Of a stretch of DNA of 64,000 bases, positions 1-10,154 are shown piece by piece. Source of the stretch: a virus. The stretch's first letter is position 1, and every line of letters starts with the position of its first letter. The notes under the pieces were generated by a model. The model had not been told where the DNA came from. It worked only from the letters and a program-made list of their open reading frames with translations, and ran no database searches. The stretch is from the IMG/VR virus record IMGVR_UViG_3300048999_000173, positions 19,577 through 83,576 of that record, one strand, 5' to 3'. A program made the position numbers and the translations under genes.

Positions 1-2
1 CC

Positions 3-164
3 GGCCGCACCGTCCTGGAGCGTTTCCCCGCCGGTGCCCCGCGCGGCTCCTGGCCGGCAGAGAAGTTCGCCGCCGACCGGCGCGCCGCCGGACAGCCCGC
101 GACCGTCGTCATGGACCTTCGCACCGACAGCTTCCTCGTCGTCGTGAACGGCGGTGCCCGCTGA
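3..164 (+). CDS. hypothetical protein, 5'-truncated by window edge
   Basis: Open frame ...GRTVLERFPAG...VVVNGGAR* with GC3-rich codons; TGA overlaps the ATG of the next gene. Confidence 0.6.
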   Translation, partial: GRTVLERFPAGAPRGSWPAEKFAADRRAAGQPATVVMDLRTDSFLVVVNGGAR

Positions 165-400
165 TGGCCCGCATGTCTCGCCGCGAGATGAACGAACTCG
201 CCGAAGACCGCGACAAGTGCGCGGCCCGCTCCACCCGCAACGCCGCCTCCGCCAAGGCCGCGGCCGCTGACCCGAACCTCTCCGACAGCCTCCGCAAGCA
301 GGCCTCCGCCACCATCCCGATCGCCCTCCGCCACGCGCAGGAGTACCGGGAGGAAGCCGCAGCGCTCCGCGAGGGCCGCATCCCCGGAGAGGACTGGTGA
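164..400 (+). CDS. hypothetical protein
   Basis: 78 aa, coupled on both sides by overlapping stop/start. Confidence 0.75.
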   Translation: MARMSRREMNELAEDRDKCAARSTRNAASAKAAAADPNLSDSLRKQASATIPIALRHAQEYREEAAALREGRIPGEDW

Positions 401-759
401 CCATGTTCGACGAGACCCCACAGACGCCGCAGGAACCGCAGGAGTTGGCCGCGCTGGAGCTGTACCACCAGCTCGTCAACCTGTCCCCGGACAACGGCGA
501 CCGCGCCCTCATGGTCACCCTCCGCCTCCCGAACGGCCGTTACGTCGGCGACGTGTGGCTGTCCGCCTCGGACGTGGAGCAGTTGATCGACGGTGCGCTG
601 ACGGTTGCCCAGCACCGCGTCGCGTTCGGCGCCCCCGAGGAGGCTGCCGGGCCGCTACCGAAGGACGACGACGACATCAGCGACGAGGTCGCGGACGTCA
701 TGGCCGGCTTCGACACCGACCTCGCGGCGCTCCTCGACTCCGAGGGTGGGCAGGCGTGA
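397..759 (+). CDS. hypothetical protein
   Basis: 120 aa, GTGA overlap, typical codon bias. Confidence 0.75.
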   Translation: MTMFDETPQTPQEPQELAALELYHQLVNLSPDNGDRALMVTLRLPNGRYVGDVWLSASDVEQLIDGALTVAQHRVAFGAPEEAAGPLPKDDDDISDEVADVMAGFDTDLAALLDSEGGQA

Positions 760-1160
760 TGAACGGCCCGCACGACGTGCACACCGACGGCAACGCCATC
801 CCCCCGCTGGACCGTGAACTCGCCGGCCTCCTCGAGGACCTCGCCGACGTCCACGACCCCGGCGTCGACCAGATCATCGCCGGACTCCGCCTGATCGCCC
901 TGTCCCGCCACAGCATCGACCGCACCCAAACCCTCGTCGCTGTCCTCGCGGGCGGTGATGACGGCACCCACCTCGTCGCCGCGATCGGGCAGGTCATCGC
1001 CCGACTCGCCACCCCCGACACCAACCCCGCCCTCCGCACCCTGCCCTTCGAGCAGCAGAAACGCGCCCAACTCAACGGCGAAACCACCGCGTTCGTCCTC
1101 GCCCACCCCGAACTCGCCCAATTCGCAGCCGACACCAGCGCCGCCATCGACGGCCTCTGA
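759..1160 (+). CDS. hypothetical protein
   Basis: MNGPHDVH..., TGATG overlap with the upstream gene. Confidence 0.75.
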   Translation: MNGPHDVHTDGNAIPPLDRELAGLLEDLADVHDPGVDQIIAGLRLIALSRHSIDRTQTLVAVLAGGDDGTHLVAAIGQVIARLATPDTNPALRTLPFEQQKRAQLNGETTAFVLAHPELAQFAADTSAAIDGL

Positions 1161-1179
1161 CCCGGAAAGGACCGACCGC

Positions 1180-1443
1180 ATGCCGCTCCCCGCCTGGATG
1201 GCCGGACACCGCCCCAAGACCAGCAAGCCCGACATGTGGAACGGCAAGCCGCTCCCCGTCCGCAACATCACCTACACCGACCTCAACTACCGGCTCTACG
1301 ACGGCCGAACCGGTGCCCTCCTCTCCTTCAACTCCACCAACAGCATCGGATCTCTCGTCGCCGACGTCCTCCGCACCCGCGACGAGAACCCCACTGCCCA
1401 CATCGTCGCCGTCGAATACGACGGCCCCGCCTACCCCAACTGA
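1180..1443 (+). CDS. hypothetical protein
   Basis: MPLPAWMAGH..., RBS AAAGGA upstream. Confidence 0.7.
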   Translation: MPLPAWMAGHRPKTSKPDMWNGKPLPVRNITYTDLNYRLYDGRTGALLSFNSTNSIGSLVADVLRTRDENPTAHIVAVEYDGPAYPN

Positions 1444-1452
1444 CCACCACCC

Positions 1453-1546
1453 GGGGCCTGGCCGCCGAGCCGACAGACGGCCAGGCCCCACACCGCCGGC
1501 CTTCCCGAAGGCTGCACCGCCTCACATCCCCCACGGGCGGTGCAGC
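1453..1546 (+). terminator. two tandem GC-rich hairpins
   Basis: GGGGCCTGGCCG/CGGCCAGGCCCC and GGCTGCACCGCC/GGCGGTGCAGCC inverted repeats. Confidence 0.55.
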
Positions 1547-1598
1547 CCTCAGCAAGACCGGAATCCACCCGACGACCCCCATGCCGAAAGGACACCAG

Positions 1599-1778
1599 AT
1601 GCCGAAGGCGAAGAAGCAGAGCCTGTGGGCCGAAGTCCGCAGCGAGATGAAGAAGTCCAGGCAGGCCAGCAGTGCCCCGTCCGGCTGGGACTGTGCCCGC
1701 TGTGGCACCGGCAACGCCGCAAACGCCAGCCAGTGCGGATGCGGCGCCGACGCCCGACTGGCAGCCATCCGCTACTGA
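1599..1778 (+). CDS. small zinc-ribbon protein (RanBP2-like)
   Basis: WDCARCGTGNAANASQCGCG; RBS AAGGA. Confidence 0.65.
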   Translation: MPKAKKQSLWAEVRSEMKKSRQASSAPSGWDCARCGTGNAANASQCGCGADARLAAIRY

Positions 1779-1823
1779 CCACCCACCCGCACACCCGCAC
1801 ACCCGGACCGGAAGGAGCCCGCC

Positions 1824-2000
1824 GTGGCCACCACACCGAAGACGTTCACCACCGCTCACACCCAGCCCCTCACCAGCGAGGACTACGAGGCCTACTACGT
1901 CCTCACCGAAACCACCCGTCGCCACCGCTACGGCCTCCGCCTGCAGCACCCGATCCGCGCCATCCGCCACCTCACCCACCGACCCCGCACCGCAGCCTGA
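1824..2000 (+). CDS. hypothetical protein (58 aa, not in ORF track)
   Basis: GAAGGAG RBS, GTG start, MATTPKTFTT...RPRTAA*. Confidence 0.6.
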   Translation: MATTPKTFTTAHTQPLTSEDYEAYYVLTETTRRHRYGLRLQHPIRAIRHLTHRPRTAA

Positions 2001-2046
2001 CTAGCAACAGCCCTGCCGCCACCTGAACCCGGAAGGACCACCCGTC

Positions 2047-2319
2047 ATGGACACCACGACCGACACCACCCAGGCCGCCTGGCCGGAGAACGTCACCGCC
2101 CGCATCCTCACCCGCCTCGGCATGTGCGCCCGCGACTTCCACGACGCCACCGTCGACATCATCGACGTCTCCAGCCCCGGCACCAACGGCACCACCACCG
2201 CCCTGTGCCGGCCCTGCGGCTGGACCCGCCACCACGGCCTCCCCTACCGCGACAAGGCCCTCGAGATGGCCCGCGAGCACGCCGCCGAATGCACCGCCCT
2301 CCCGCAGCCCACCACCTGA
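2047..2319 (+). CDS. hypothetical protein with CxxC/HxxxC motif
   Basis: GAAGGA RBS; CRPCG...HAAEC. Confidence 0.7.
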   Translation: MDTTTDTTQAAWPENVTARILTRLGMCARDFHDATVDIIDVSSPGTNGTTTALCRPCGWTRHHGLPYRDKALEMAREHAAECTALPQPTT

Positions 2320-2363
2320 CCACCAGCCCCCGATCCCGCCCCACACCCAGGAAGGACCCGCCC

Positions 2364-3557
2364 ATGCTCTCCACAGTGCAGAACGCGGTCGAGCAACTGC
2401 CCGTACAGGCATGGGCCGTCCTGCTCGCCACCCTCACCCTCGTCTTCGGCTACCGCATCGCCCGCAAGACGACGCCGAACACCAAAACCGAGCCCGGCCG
2501 GGACAAGATCGAGCGGCGCACCCTCATCGGCTTCACCGGCATGGGCCTCGTCGCCCTCCTCGGCTTCGGCCTCTCCGCCAACACCAGCATCCGCTTCGCC
2601 GAAAAACGCCTCCACATGGAGGCCCCCTGGACCCTCACCATCGGCCTCGCCCTCGAAGGCATCGTCCTCGGACTCACGCTCTACTCCTGGGCCTTCGACG
2701 ACAAGGGCACCGCCCGCGCCGCCTACCTCCTCGTCCTCGCCCAGGCAGTCGGCGCCATCGAAGTCGTCCGCCAGGAACACGAAGACGCCGGCACCGCCCT
2801 CGTCCGCATCGTCGGCCCCGTCATGCTCGCCTACGGCCTCCACAAGCTCCTCGGGCTGGAAGCCAAGCTGGGGAAGCTGAAGATCACATCGGACGGCATG
2901 ATCGCCCGACTGTGGCGGGACCGCCTGAAGCGGCTCGAGAGCAAGCTCGGCATCGGATCCCGCGGCGCCGACGCCGAAGCCATCTCCCGCAGCAACGCCG
3001 CCGACAAGTTCGTCAACCTCAACTCCGTTGGGAAGCCCGCGCTCATGACCGACCGCATGTACCGGCGCGCGCTCGTGAAGGCCGGCCGGGCCGCCCTCCA
3101 CGGCCTCGACGGCTTCGAGCGGCAGATGGCCGAAGCCGTCCTCGTCGACCGGATCGCCTACGAGAAGGGCATGCAGAAGGGCGGTGACCACTTCGAGGTG
3201 GCCCTCATGCGGGGCGTGCGGTCGAACACCGGATCGCTGGAACTGGACGCGTCCTCTCCGGCTGCACTCGGCTTCCTGACCAGCGCGGCTATCGAAGCCG
3301 CACCCGCGAGCCGAGCCGAAGACGCACCCCAGCCGCACGACGACAAGCCGCAGCCGCGTTCGAACCCCGCCGCGACCGAAGCCGAGCGGAAGGCCCGCGC
3401 GTTCCGCGTCTACGCCGACCTTGGACAGCCCTCCCAGCGCGCCTTCATCAAGGTGTGGCGGGAGCGCGGATTCGGCGAGTCCGACCAGACCGTCCGCGAG
3501 CTCTACAACGAGATGCACGAGGCCTTCGAGAACGCCCGCAAGGGAGACACGGCCTGA
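2364..3557 (+). CDS. multi-pass membrane protein, SpdB/DUF2637-like plasmid spread protein
   Basis: About 5 hydrophobic segments then a soluble tail with C-terminal HTH-like end; upstream of the traB-like gene. Confidence 0.6.
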   Translation: MLSTVQNAVEQLPVQAWAVLLATLTLVFGYRIARKTTPNTKTEPGRDKIERRTLIGFTGMGLVALLGFGLSANTSIRFAEKRLHMEAPWTLTIGLALEGIVLGLTLYSWAFDDKGTARAAYLLVLAQAVGAIEVVRQEHEDAGTALVRIVGPVMLAYGLHKLLGLEAKLGKLKITSDGMIARLWRDRLKRLESKLGIGSRGADAEAISRSNAADKFVNLNSVGKPALMTDRMYRRALVKAGRAALHGLDGFERQMAEAVLVDRIAYEKGMQKGGDHFEVALMRGVRSNTGSLELDASSPAALGFLTSAAIEAAPASRAEDAPQPHDDKPQPRSNPAATEAERKARAFRVYADLGQPSQRAFIKVWRERGFGESDQTVRELYNEMHEAFENARKGDTA

Positions 3558-4069
3558 TGCGCCAGCCGACTACCGAACAGCGTCCGCAGGCCGCCCCCCG
3601 GCCTGCGGTGCCCCTGCACGTTCCCGCACCGCCGCGATCGGCCCCGGCCCCCCTCCCGGTACCGCCCGCCGCACCCGACTGGCCTTCGCGCTGGCACCTT
3701 CTCCTCCCCGCCGGCGTCCGCAACCAGATGGCCGCGCTCGGGCTGTGGCAGAACCCGGTACCCCTGTGCCCCTCCCTGCACCTCGAGCAGACCCTCGCCG
3801 TCCTCGAACGCTACGGCTGGGCCCGCAGCCTCGACTTTTCCCCCACCGGCCGCATGTGCATCCGCGGCTCCCAAACCCTCCTCGAGCGCACCGGGCACGT
3901 CACCCCCGCCGCGCGCGCGAGGGCCGTCGACTTCATGCAGCAAACCCTCCAGGAACACGGCTACCACCAGCCGTTCTTCGCCTGGAACGACCACCAGGAA
4001 CGCACCCTCACCCACGTCCGCAACCTGATCCTCACCTCCGCCCATGCCGCCCGATCCAACGGAGAATGA
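3557..4069 (+). CDS. hypothetical protein (DUF6197-like)
   Basis: LERYGWAR...MCIRG...AWND motif; TGATG coupling. Confidence 0.6.
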   Translation: MRQPTTEQRPQAAPRPAVPLHVPAPPRSAPAPLPVPPAAPDWPSRWHLLLPAGVRNQMAALGLWQNPVPLCPSLHLEQTLAVLERYGWARSLDFSPTGRMCIRGSQTLLERTGHVTPAARARAVDFMQQTLQEHGYHQPFFAWNDHQERTLTHVRNLILTSAHAARSNGE

Positions 4070-4782
4070 CCATGAACGAGTACAACGACCCCAACGCCGA
4101 CTTCAACGGCATCATCAACAACGCGTTCACCCCCAACCCGGCCACAAACCCGCAGGTCACACCCGGGCAGACCTACACCAGCCCGGCCGGCTTCTACACC
4201 GACACCCACACCGGCACGCACGGCCCCTACGGCCCGCCGCCCGCCCACCAGGCCCGCCCCGTCAAGACCGGCCTCACCCCCCGCGGGAAGGCCGCCCTCG
4301 CTATCGCCGCGACCATCTGCGCCGGCGGCGGCCTCCTCGGGTGGCAGCACTACGCCGCCGCCCAGGCGGCCAACCAGGTCAAGGCCCAGGAACTGCGGAT
4401 CGAGCAGCAGAAGCTCGCCATCGAGCAGCAGAAAGCCCTCGACAAGGCCACGCAGACCGCGCAGAAGACCCAGAGTGCGGCCGACGCGAACCGGCAGAAG
4501 AAGATCGACGCCTGTGTGCAGGCCAACCGCGGCCTGGTCGGCAAGCAGCTCGGCGCGACCCTCTCCTCCGTCATCCAGGACTGCCAGACCCAGTACCCGG
4601 CCACCGCCGGGACCGGCGACATGCAGGAGGCGGCGACGTCCAGCACCACCGGCGGCAGCGGAAACGCCACCGACATCCTCCTCGTCGGAGGTGCCGCCCT
4701 CGCCCTCGGTGTCGGATTCGCCGTCAGGCGCGCCACCCGCCCCGCACCGGCCCCCGTCTACACCGGATACCCCACCCACTGA
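4066..4782 (+). CDS. membrane protein, two TM segments flanking a coiled coil with a Cys pair (transfer module)
   Basis: TM AALAIAATICAGGGLLGW, Q/K coiled coil, C-terminal TM. Confidence 0.7.
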   Translation: MTMNEYNDPNADFNGIINNAFTPNPATNPQVTPGQTYTSPAGFYTDTHTGTHGPYGPPPAHQARPVKTGLTPRGKAALAIAATICAGGGLLGWQHYAAAQAANQVKAQELRIEQQKLAIEQQKALDKATQTAQKTQSAADANRQKKIDACVQANRGLVGKQLGATLSSVIQDCQTQYPATAGTGDMQEAATSSTTGGSGNATDILLVGGAALALGVGFAVRRATRPAPAPVYTGYPTH

Positions 4783-4913
4783 CCTACTTCCCACTCACTT
4801 CCCGGCCAGGAAAACCCCAGCTCACACCCCCACAACCGGCGAAGATCCTGGATCTTCGCCCTGGCCGGGAGGTGGGAAGTAAACGACCTTCACCCACGGG
4901 AGGAACCCGACTC

Positions 4914-7079
4914 ATGGCGAGCGACACCGCCCCCGCCGCACCCGGCCCGGACGCCCCCGACATGCCCGCCCACGCCCCCCACCCGGCGACCGGAGCACCG
5001 GACGCCCCGACCCGCGGAGGCCTGGGCTGGCTCGCATCCGCCCTCCAGCCCGTCGACCCCGCCCGCCCCACCTTCGACCTCACCCCCACCCTGGGCGACA
5101 CCACCGCCGACCTGAACGGCATCGACCTCACCGCCCTCACCGGCGGGCCCGGCGGCGGCCCGTCCAGCGCCGCCTACCACGACGGCACCACCCCCCCCAC
5201 CGACACCACCGGCACGAACAGCGCCGGCGGCCAGGAGAAGAGCATCGTCCGCGCCTGGCTCCTCGCCGGCGCCGAACGCTGGCGCAAGGGCGCCGACGCC
5301 CGCAACAAGGCGTTGGACATCCAAAAGGCCAAGGCCACCGCCCTGCAGGTCAAGGAGTCCCGCACCGTCAACCGCTCCGAGAAGATCGTCGGAGGGGGAA
5401 CCAGCTCCGCCACCAGCGGCAAGACCGACGCCGGGAAGTCGAACACCAGCAAGACCAGCAACTCCGGCCCGGGCGGGGCGAAGAACGGCTCCGCCGGCGG
5501 TAAGAGCACAGGGTCCGGCGCTGGCTCGGGGGCCGGTGGCCGCGGTGGAGGATCCGGCACCGGACGAGGAAACGGGGCGGGTACGGGCGGCGGCCGCGGC
5601 GGCACCAGGGGCAGCGACGCCGGCACCAGCAAGGACCCGAAGACCAATCACGCCAAGGGCGCCGACCACACCAAGTCCCCCAGCCCCTCCAACAGCGGCG
5701 GGAAGCCCGGCAAGGACGGCCCGTCCGGCAGCCACGGCTCCTCCGGGAAGCTCGGCAAGGACACCGCCTCCCACAACGGCAGCGGGAAGAGCCCCAAGCA
5801 GCAGACCACCAGCACCTGCGGCGACGCGTCCGGCATCAGCATGACCAAGGACAAGAAGCCCAAGGCGCCCAAGGACACCAGCGGCGACACCACGGCGGCC
5901 GCCCCGAAGACGCCCAAGCCGTCACCCACGAAGAACCCGCCCCAACCGGGAAGCGGCACGCCGGGCCCCAAGGGCGGCCCGGGCGCGGGCGGGGGAGCGG
6001 GCGGCACCACTACACCCGGCGCGGGGACCGGCAAGCCCGTCGACATGAAGAAGAACCCCGACCTCAAGGGCGGCGACAAGACCAAGCCCAGCACCGACAC
6101 CACCGGCCGCACCGACCTCACGAAGAAGCCCAAGACCGACCCCAAGATGCCGAGGGCCGGCGAGCAGCAGACCACCGGGCCGACCGTCCGCACCCAGGCC
6201 ACCCGCGAAGCCGGATACCGCGACGGCACCCGCCTCGGCACCGCCGTCGCCCACGCCGGCGCCTACAAGGACGGGGTCAAGGACGGCTACCGCGACACCT
6301 CCGAGGCTGCCGCCCGCGAGAAGGACCGCCTCGACAAGGCCCACCAGAAGCACAAGCCGGGCGCCGCACCGCAGCCCGCCCCGGCACCCATACCGCCCAA
6401 GCCGACCGTTCCGCCGAAGCCCACCACACCACCCCCCACCCCCACAGCCACCCCCCGCCCGGGCCCCGCAGCAGCGCCCAAGCCGACCAAGCCCACCACC
6501 GTCCCCGACCCGCGTACCGCCCTGATGAAGCCCAAACCCAAGCCGAAGCCTGACCCCAAGGAGGCACCCGTGGCCGCCCCCAGCAGCGCCGACTACCACC
6601 CCCCGCAGCGACCAGCCGACACCCCGATCGGCGTCTCCCGCGTGGGCCAGACCCACGTCGTCCTGGACAGCGGACAGGTCATCTCCCGCGGCGAAGTCCG
6701 CAACCTCAAGGACTACGAACGGCGCTTGGACGAGAAGACCATCGCGATGCACAAACTCGCCGACCTGGCCAAAGCCCTCCAGGCGCACGCCCAGGACCAG
6801 AACAAGGAAGTCACCACCCTCCTCGAGCAGGCCCGCACCAAGTCCGTCGGCGCCACCCTCATCGGAAACCTGACCAGGCTCCAGGAACGCACGGCCCTCC
6901 AAGCCCACCAGGCAACCGAACTCCTCAAGCGGGCCGTTCGGGCAGCCGAGTCCACCACCGTCCTGCTCGCCAACGTGACCACCCGCTACGGCGGCATCTA
7001 CAAGGCCGTCTGCGACTCCCCACTCGAGATCCCCGGCGAACTCGACTTCTACGACGACAGGACGGCCACCAGTGTCTGA
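4914..7079 (+). CDS. large low-complexity Tra-like protein with helical C-terminal domain
   Basis: GGGAGG RBS then MASDTAP; G/K/P/T-rich middle; helical last ~170 aa. Confidence 0.7.
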   Translation: MASDTAPAAPGPDAPDMPAHAPHPATGAPDAPTRGGLGWLASALQPVDPARPTFDLTPTLGDTTADLNGIDLTALTGGPGGGPSSAAYHDGTTPPTDTTGTNSAGGQEKSIVRAWLLAGAERWRKGADARNKALDIQKAKATALQVKESRTVNRSEKIVGGGTSSATSGKTDAGKSNTSKTSNSGPGGAKNGSAGGKSTGSGAGSGAGGRGGGSGTGRGNGAGTGGGRGGTRGSDAGTSKDPKTNHAKGADHTKSPSPSNSGGKPGKDGPSGSHGSSGKLGKDTASHNGSGKSPKQQTTSTCGDASGISMTKDKKPKAPKDTSGDTTAAAPKTPKPSPTKNPPQPGSGTPGPKGGPGAGGGAGGTTTPGAGTGKPVDMKKNPDLKGGDKTKPSTDTTGRTDLTKKPKTDPKMPRAGEQQTTGPTVRTQATREAGYRDGTRLGTAVAHAGAYKDGVKDGYRDTSEAAAREKDRLDKAHQKHKPGAAPQPAPAPIPPKPTVPPKPTTPPPTPTATPRPGPAAAPKPTKPTTVPDPRTALMKPKPKPKPDPKEAPVAAPSSADYHPPQRPADTPIGVSRVGQTHVVLDSGQVISRGEVRNLKDYERRLDEKTIAMHKLADLAKALQAHAQDQNKEVTTLLEQARTKSVGATLIGNLTRLQERTALQAHQATELLKRAVRAAESTTVLLANVTTRYGGIYKAVCDSPLEIPGELDFYDDRTATSV

Positions 7080-7452
7080 CCTGACCAACAAGCAGCTCCA
7101 GGCCCGAACCATCGCGATTGCCAAGCAGGCCGCCCGCAGCAGCCAAGAGATCAACCAGGTGGCCTCGCTGTTCGCTGAGGAAGCCCGCGACACCCGCCGC
7201 ATCGTCAACATGATCGGCTCGAAGAAGGTCGACCCCGACACGGTGGCGGAGACGGAAGAACTCGCAAAGATCATCGACGGGCTGTCGGACGCCGCCCTCA
7301 CCTACGCCACCACCACCGAGGACACCTCCCGCAGCGCCGACTGGACCGCACAAACGGCCCGCACCGTCCACGACAACATCGGCGAACAGGTCAACCGCTC
7401 GCCGGCCCGCAACATCCACGACGTCCAACGCGAATGGCTCCAGCAGCAGTAA
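7072..7452 (+). CDS. small helical conjugal-transfer-associated protein
   Basis: 126 aa amphipathic helices, directly upstream of the FtsK ATPase. Confidence 0.7.
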   Translation: MSDLTNKQLQARTIAIAKQAARSSQEINQVASLFAEEARDTRRIVNMIGSKKVDPDTVAETEELAKIIDGLSDAALTYATTTEDTSRSADWTAQTARTVHDNIGEQVNRSPARNIHDVQREWLQQQ

Positions 7453-7504
7453 CCCCCGCCCACACCGTCACCACCCGCCAACCCGACAGGAGAACCCGCC
7501 CCTC

Positions 7505-9832
7505 ATGACCACGGCCACCACCACCCAGCACCGGCCCGGCACCGAGCGCGCCATCGCCGCCGTCACCGCCGCCGCCCCCGTGGCCGTCGGCATCCTCACC
7601 CCCTTCCTGGACGGCGACGCCACCACCGTCCTCGCAGGCACCTACGTTGCAGCCAGCGCCCTCACCATCAGCAACGCCATGAACTTGATCCCAGCCGACC
7701 TCGCCGAACAACTCCCCGCCTCCGACGTCCTGAAGGCACACAAGGCCACCCTGTTCGGATCCACCCTCACCACCGGCCTCGCCCTCGCCATGGGCTCCTT
7801 CGCAGGCGGGCCCGGCGCCGACGCGCTGATGCTCGGCTGGCTCCACACAGCCTCCAACCCGATCCCCGGGATCGTCTCCCTCGGCTGGTGGGCCGCCACC
7901 CTCCTCGTCCCCTACAAACTGCGCCGCATCCTCTGGCCCACCCGCGCCCGCAAGACCGCCCAGCCCGCCCGCCCGCAGCGTCCGGCCCAGCACCCGGCCA
8001 TGCCCGCCCTTCCCCCCGACGTCCACGACATCCTCGCCAAGTGGGGCCAGCACATCTCCCCGGACACCGGCACCCACAAGGGACAAGTCCTCCACGTCAC
8101 CCACTTCGTCCCCGGCCGGTACTGGAAGGGAACCATCACCGCCACCACCCCCGGCGCCCCCGTCACCGTCACCCCCGAAACCGTCTCCGGCGTCTACCGC
8201 AAGCCCGCCGAATGGATCCACATCAACACCGGTGCACACGCAGGGGAACGCCACATCACCGTCAACCTGACCGCCCCACCGGAACTCGACACCAGCACTC
8301 TCCAAGGCGCCTGGCGCAAGTGGGCCGCCCGCTCCGGCGGCATCATGGCCGACACCCACCTCGAGAACGTGCAGGACGACCCCAACACCGGCGGCCAAGT
8401 CGCCGTCGTCGTCGCCGGAGAGAACCTCGACAAGCTGCCAGTCCCCGACCGGGCCTCCCTCGCCGGAGCCCTCCGCACCAAGCCTCTCCTCATCTCCTAC
8501 GAGCTGCGCCAGGACCCCCGCCAGGCCGTCATCCGCAAGATGGACCGCAACCCCCTCCAAGACGGCGCCGAATTCCCCGGCCTCCACGTCCTCAAGCCCA
8601 ACGCCAACGGCTACATCCAGATCGGCCCCGGCATCAGCGGCTTCCCCGCCCGCATCCAACTCCACGACCCGAAACTGGGCGGCCAGCACGTCATCGTCGC
8701 CGGCGTCACCGGATCCGGGAAAGGCGGAACCCTCCAACTCATCGCCCTCGCCCACCACACCAGCGGATCAGCGATCATCTACGCCGACCCCAAGGGCTCC
8801 AGCAACCCCGCCATCACCAAGATGGCCGCCTACTCCGGCCTCGGCGAAGACGCCGCAATGGGCGCCCTCCGCATCTGGTACCACGGCCTGATGCGCCGCA
8901 TCGAAGCGTCAGCGCGCGCGGAGATGAAGAACTTCAAGCCCGCCAAGGACCGCCCCTGGGCCCCCCTCATCTTCGACGAGGCCAGCACCTTGCTGACCTC
9001 CGCCACCTACAAGAAGGAAGCCGTCCACATCATCAAGGACGGAGCAAAAAAGGGCCGCTCCCTCGGCATGCCGATCGTCCTCGCCAACCAGATCCTCCAA
9101 CTGGCTGAACTGGGCGGCGAATCAGCCATCCGCGACAACATGTTCTACGGCGGCTCCCTCATCCTCCTGCGCTCCGACAGCTCCCAGAAGCACCTCGTCG
9201 ACCTCCCCGACACGTTCGCCGGCTGCAACCCCGCCGACATCCCCCCCGCCTGGGCCGAAGACCGCGCCCTCGTCTTCGACCCCAACACCCCCCAGAACGA
9301 CCCCATCCGCACCTTCGGCCTCAACTTCTGCGCAGCCCCCGGCGCGCACGCCGAAATGTCCCGCACCTGGATCCTCGAGGACGCCACCCCCTACATCGAA
9401 CAGGACAACGTCGGCATCCCTCACGACTGGCCCTTCTGGGAAGACCGCCACGAACTCGCCCAGATCTCCGTCCTCCCCGACGGCGAAGGCAACGAGGACG
9501 ACGACTACGAAGGCGGATCAGCCGGCACCTTCCTCACCGGACTCGACATCGGCCCGAAGAAGCCCGCCAGCGCCGACGACAAGATCCTCACCGCGCTCAA
9601 GGACGTCGCCGACCCCATGGGCCTCGAGTCCATCTACCTCGACAAGCCCACCATCACGCGGATCACCAGCGTCGAAGGCTCCACCCTCGACAACGCCCTC
9701 TCCCGCCTCGCCACCAACGGCAAAATCCACCGCCAGATCAAGGACGGCAAGGAGATCCGCGGCATGTACGCCCACGGCCCCCGCCCCATCACCCCCACCG
9801 ACGAGACCGACAACGGAGACGCGACAACCTGA
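7505..9832 (+). CDS. traB: FtsK/SpoIIIE-family DNA translocase (Streptomyces TraB type)
   Basis: N-terminal TMs, Walker A GVTGSGKG, Walker B LIFDEAS, Q-motif VLANQ, C-terminal winged-helix-like domain. Confidence 0.85.
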   Translation: MTTATTTQHRPGTERAIAAVTAAAPVAVGILTPFLDGDATTVLAGTYVAASALTISNAMNLIPADLAEQLPASDVLKAHKATLFGSTLTTGLALAMGSFAGGPGADALMLGWLHTASNPIPGIVSLGWWAATLLVPYKLRRILWPTRARKTAQPARPQRPAQHPAMPALPPDVHDILAKWGQHISPDTGTHKGQVLHVTHFVPGRYWKGTITATTPGAPVTVTPETVSGVYRKPAEWIHINTGAHAGERHITVNLTAPPELDTSTLQGAWRKWAARSGGIMADTHLENVQDDPNTGGQVAVVVAGENLDKLPVPDRASLAGALRTKPLLISYELRQDPRQAVIRKMDRNPLQDGAEFPGLHVLKPNANGYIQIGPGISGFPARIQLHDPKLGGQHVIVAGVTGSGKGGTLQLIALAHHTSGSAIIYADPKGSSNPAITKMAAYSGLGEDAAMGALRIWYHGLMRRIEASARAEMKNFKPAKDRPWAPLIFDEASTLLTSATYKKEAVHIIKDGAKKGRSLGMPIVLANQILQLAELGGESAIRDNMFYGGSLILLRSDSSQKHLVDLPDTFAGCNPADIPPAWAEDRALVFDPNTPQNDPIRTFGLNFCAAPGAHAEMSRTWILEDATPYIEQDNVGIPHDWPFWEDRHELAQISVLPDGEGNEDDDYEGGSAGTFLTGLDIGPKKPASADDKILTALKDVADPMGLESIYLDKPTITRITSVEGSTLDNALSRLATNGKIHRQIKDGKEIRGMYAHGPRPITPTDETDNGDATT

Positions 9833-9954
9833 CCGCCCGCCCAGCGACCCAAGCGACTGAGCCCCCGACCACACCCGGCCGGGGGCCCAGTCGCGTCCGA
9901 TGGGGAGGGGGAAGGCGGCTCAGACAAACACCGAAACGTACGGCAGCATCAGAA

Positions 9955-10033
9955 GTGCGCGGCCCGGGAGCTGCTTATTCCTTGAGAGACGTCCCCGCGC
10001 CCCTCGCAGGAGAACATGGCCCGGGCCGCGCAC
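9955..10033. other. long stem-loop between convergent traB and lipoprotein genes
   Basis: Perfect 14-bp IR GTGCGCGGCCCGGG/CCCGGGCCGCGCAC. Confidence 0.6.
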
Positions 10034-10154
10034 CCCCTGCATATATGCGCCCCTCGCCGGGCAGCAGTACCCGCATACCCCCCCGGCATCCGAGCCCCGC
10101 AGCCCCGACCCAGTACCCCCAGTACCAGGTTGGGGCTGCGGCACACCCCCAACC

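Noticed and set aside
4044-4913. 1011-aa ORF start at 4044
   Set aside because: Overlaps the 4066-4782 gene out of frame with R/P-rich shadow sequence; the RBS supports 4914.
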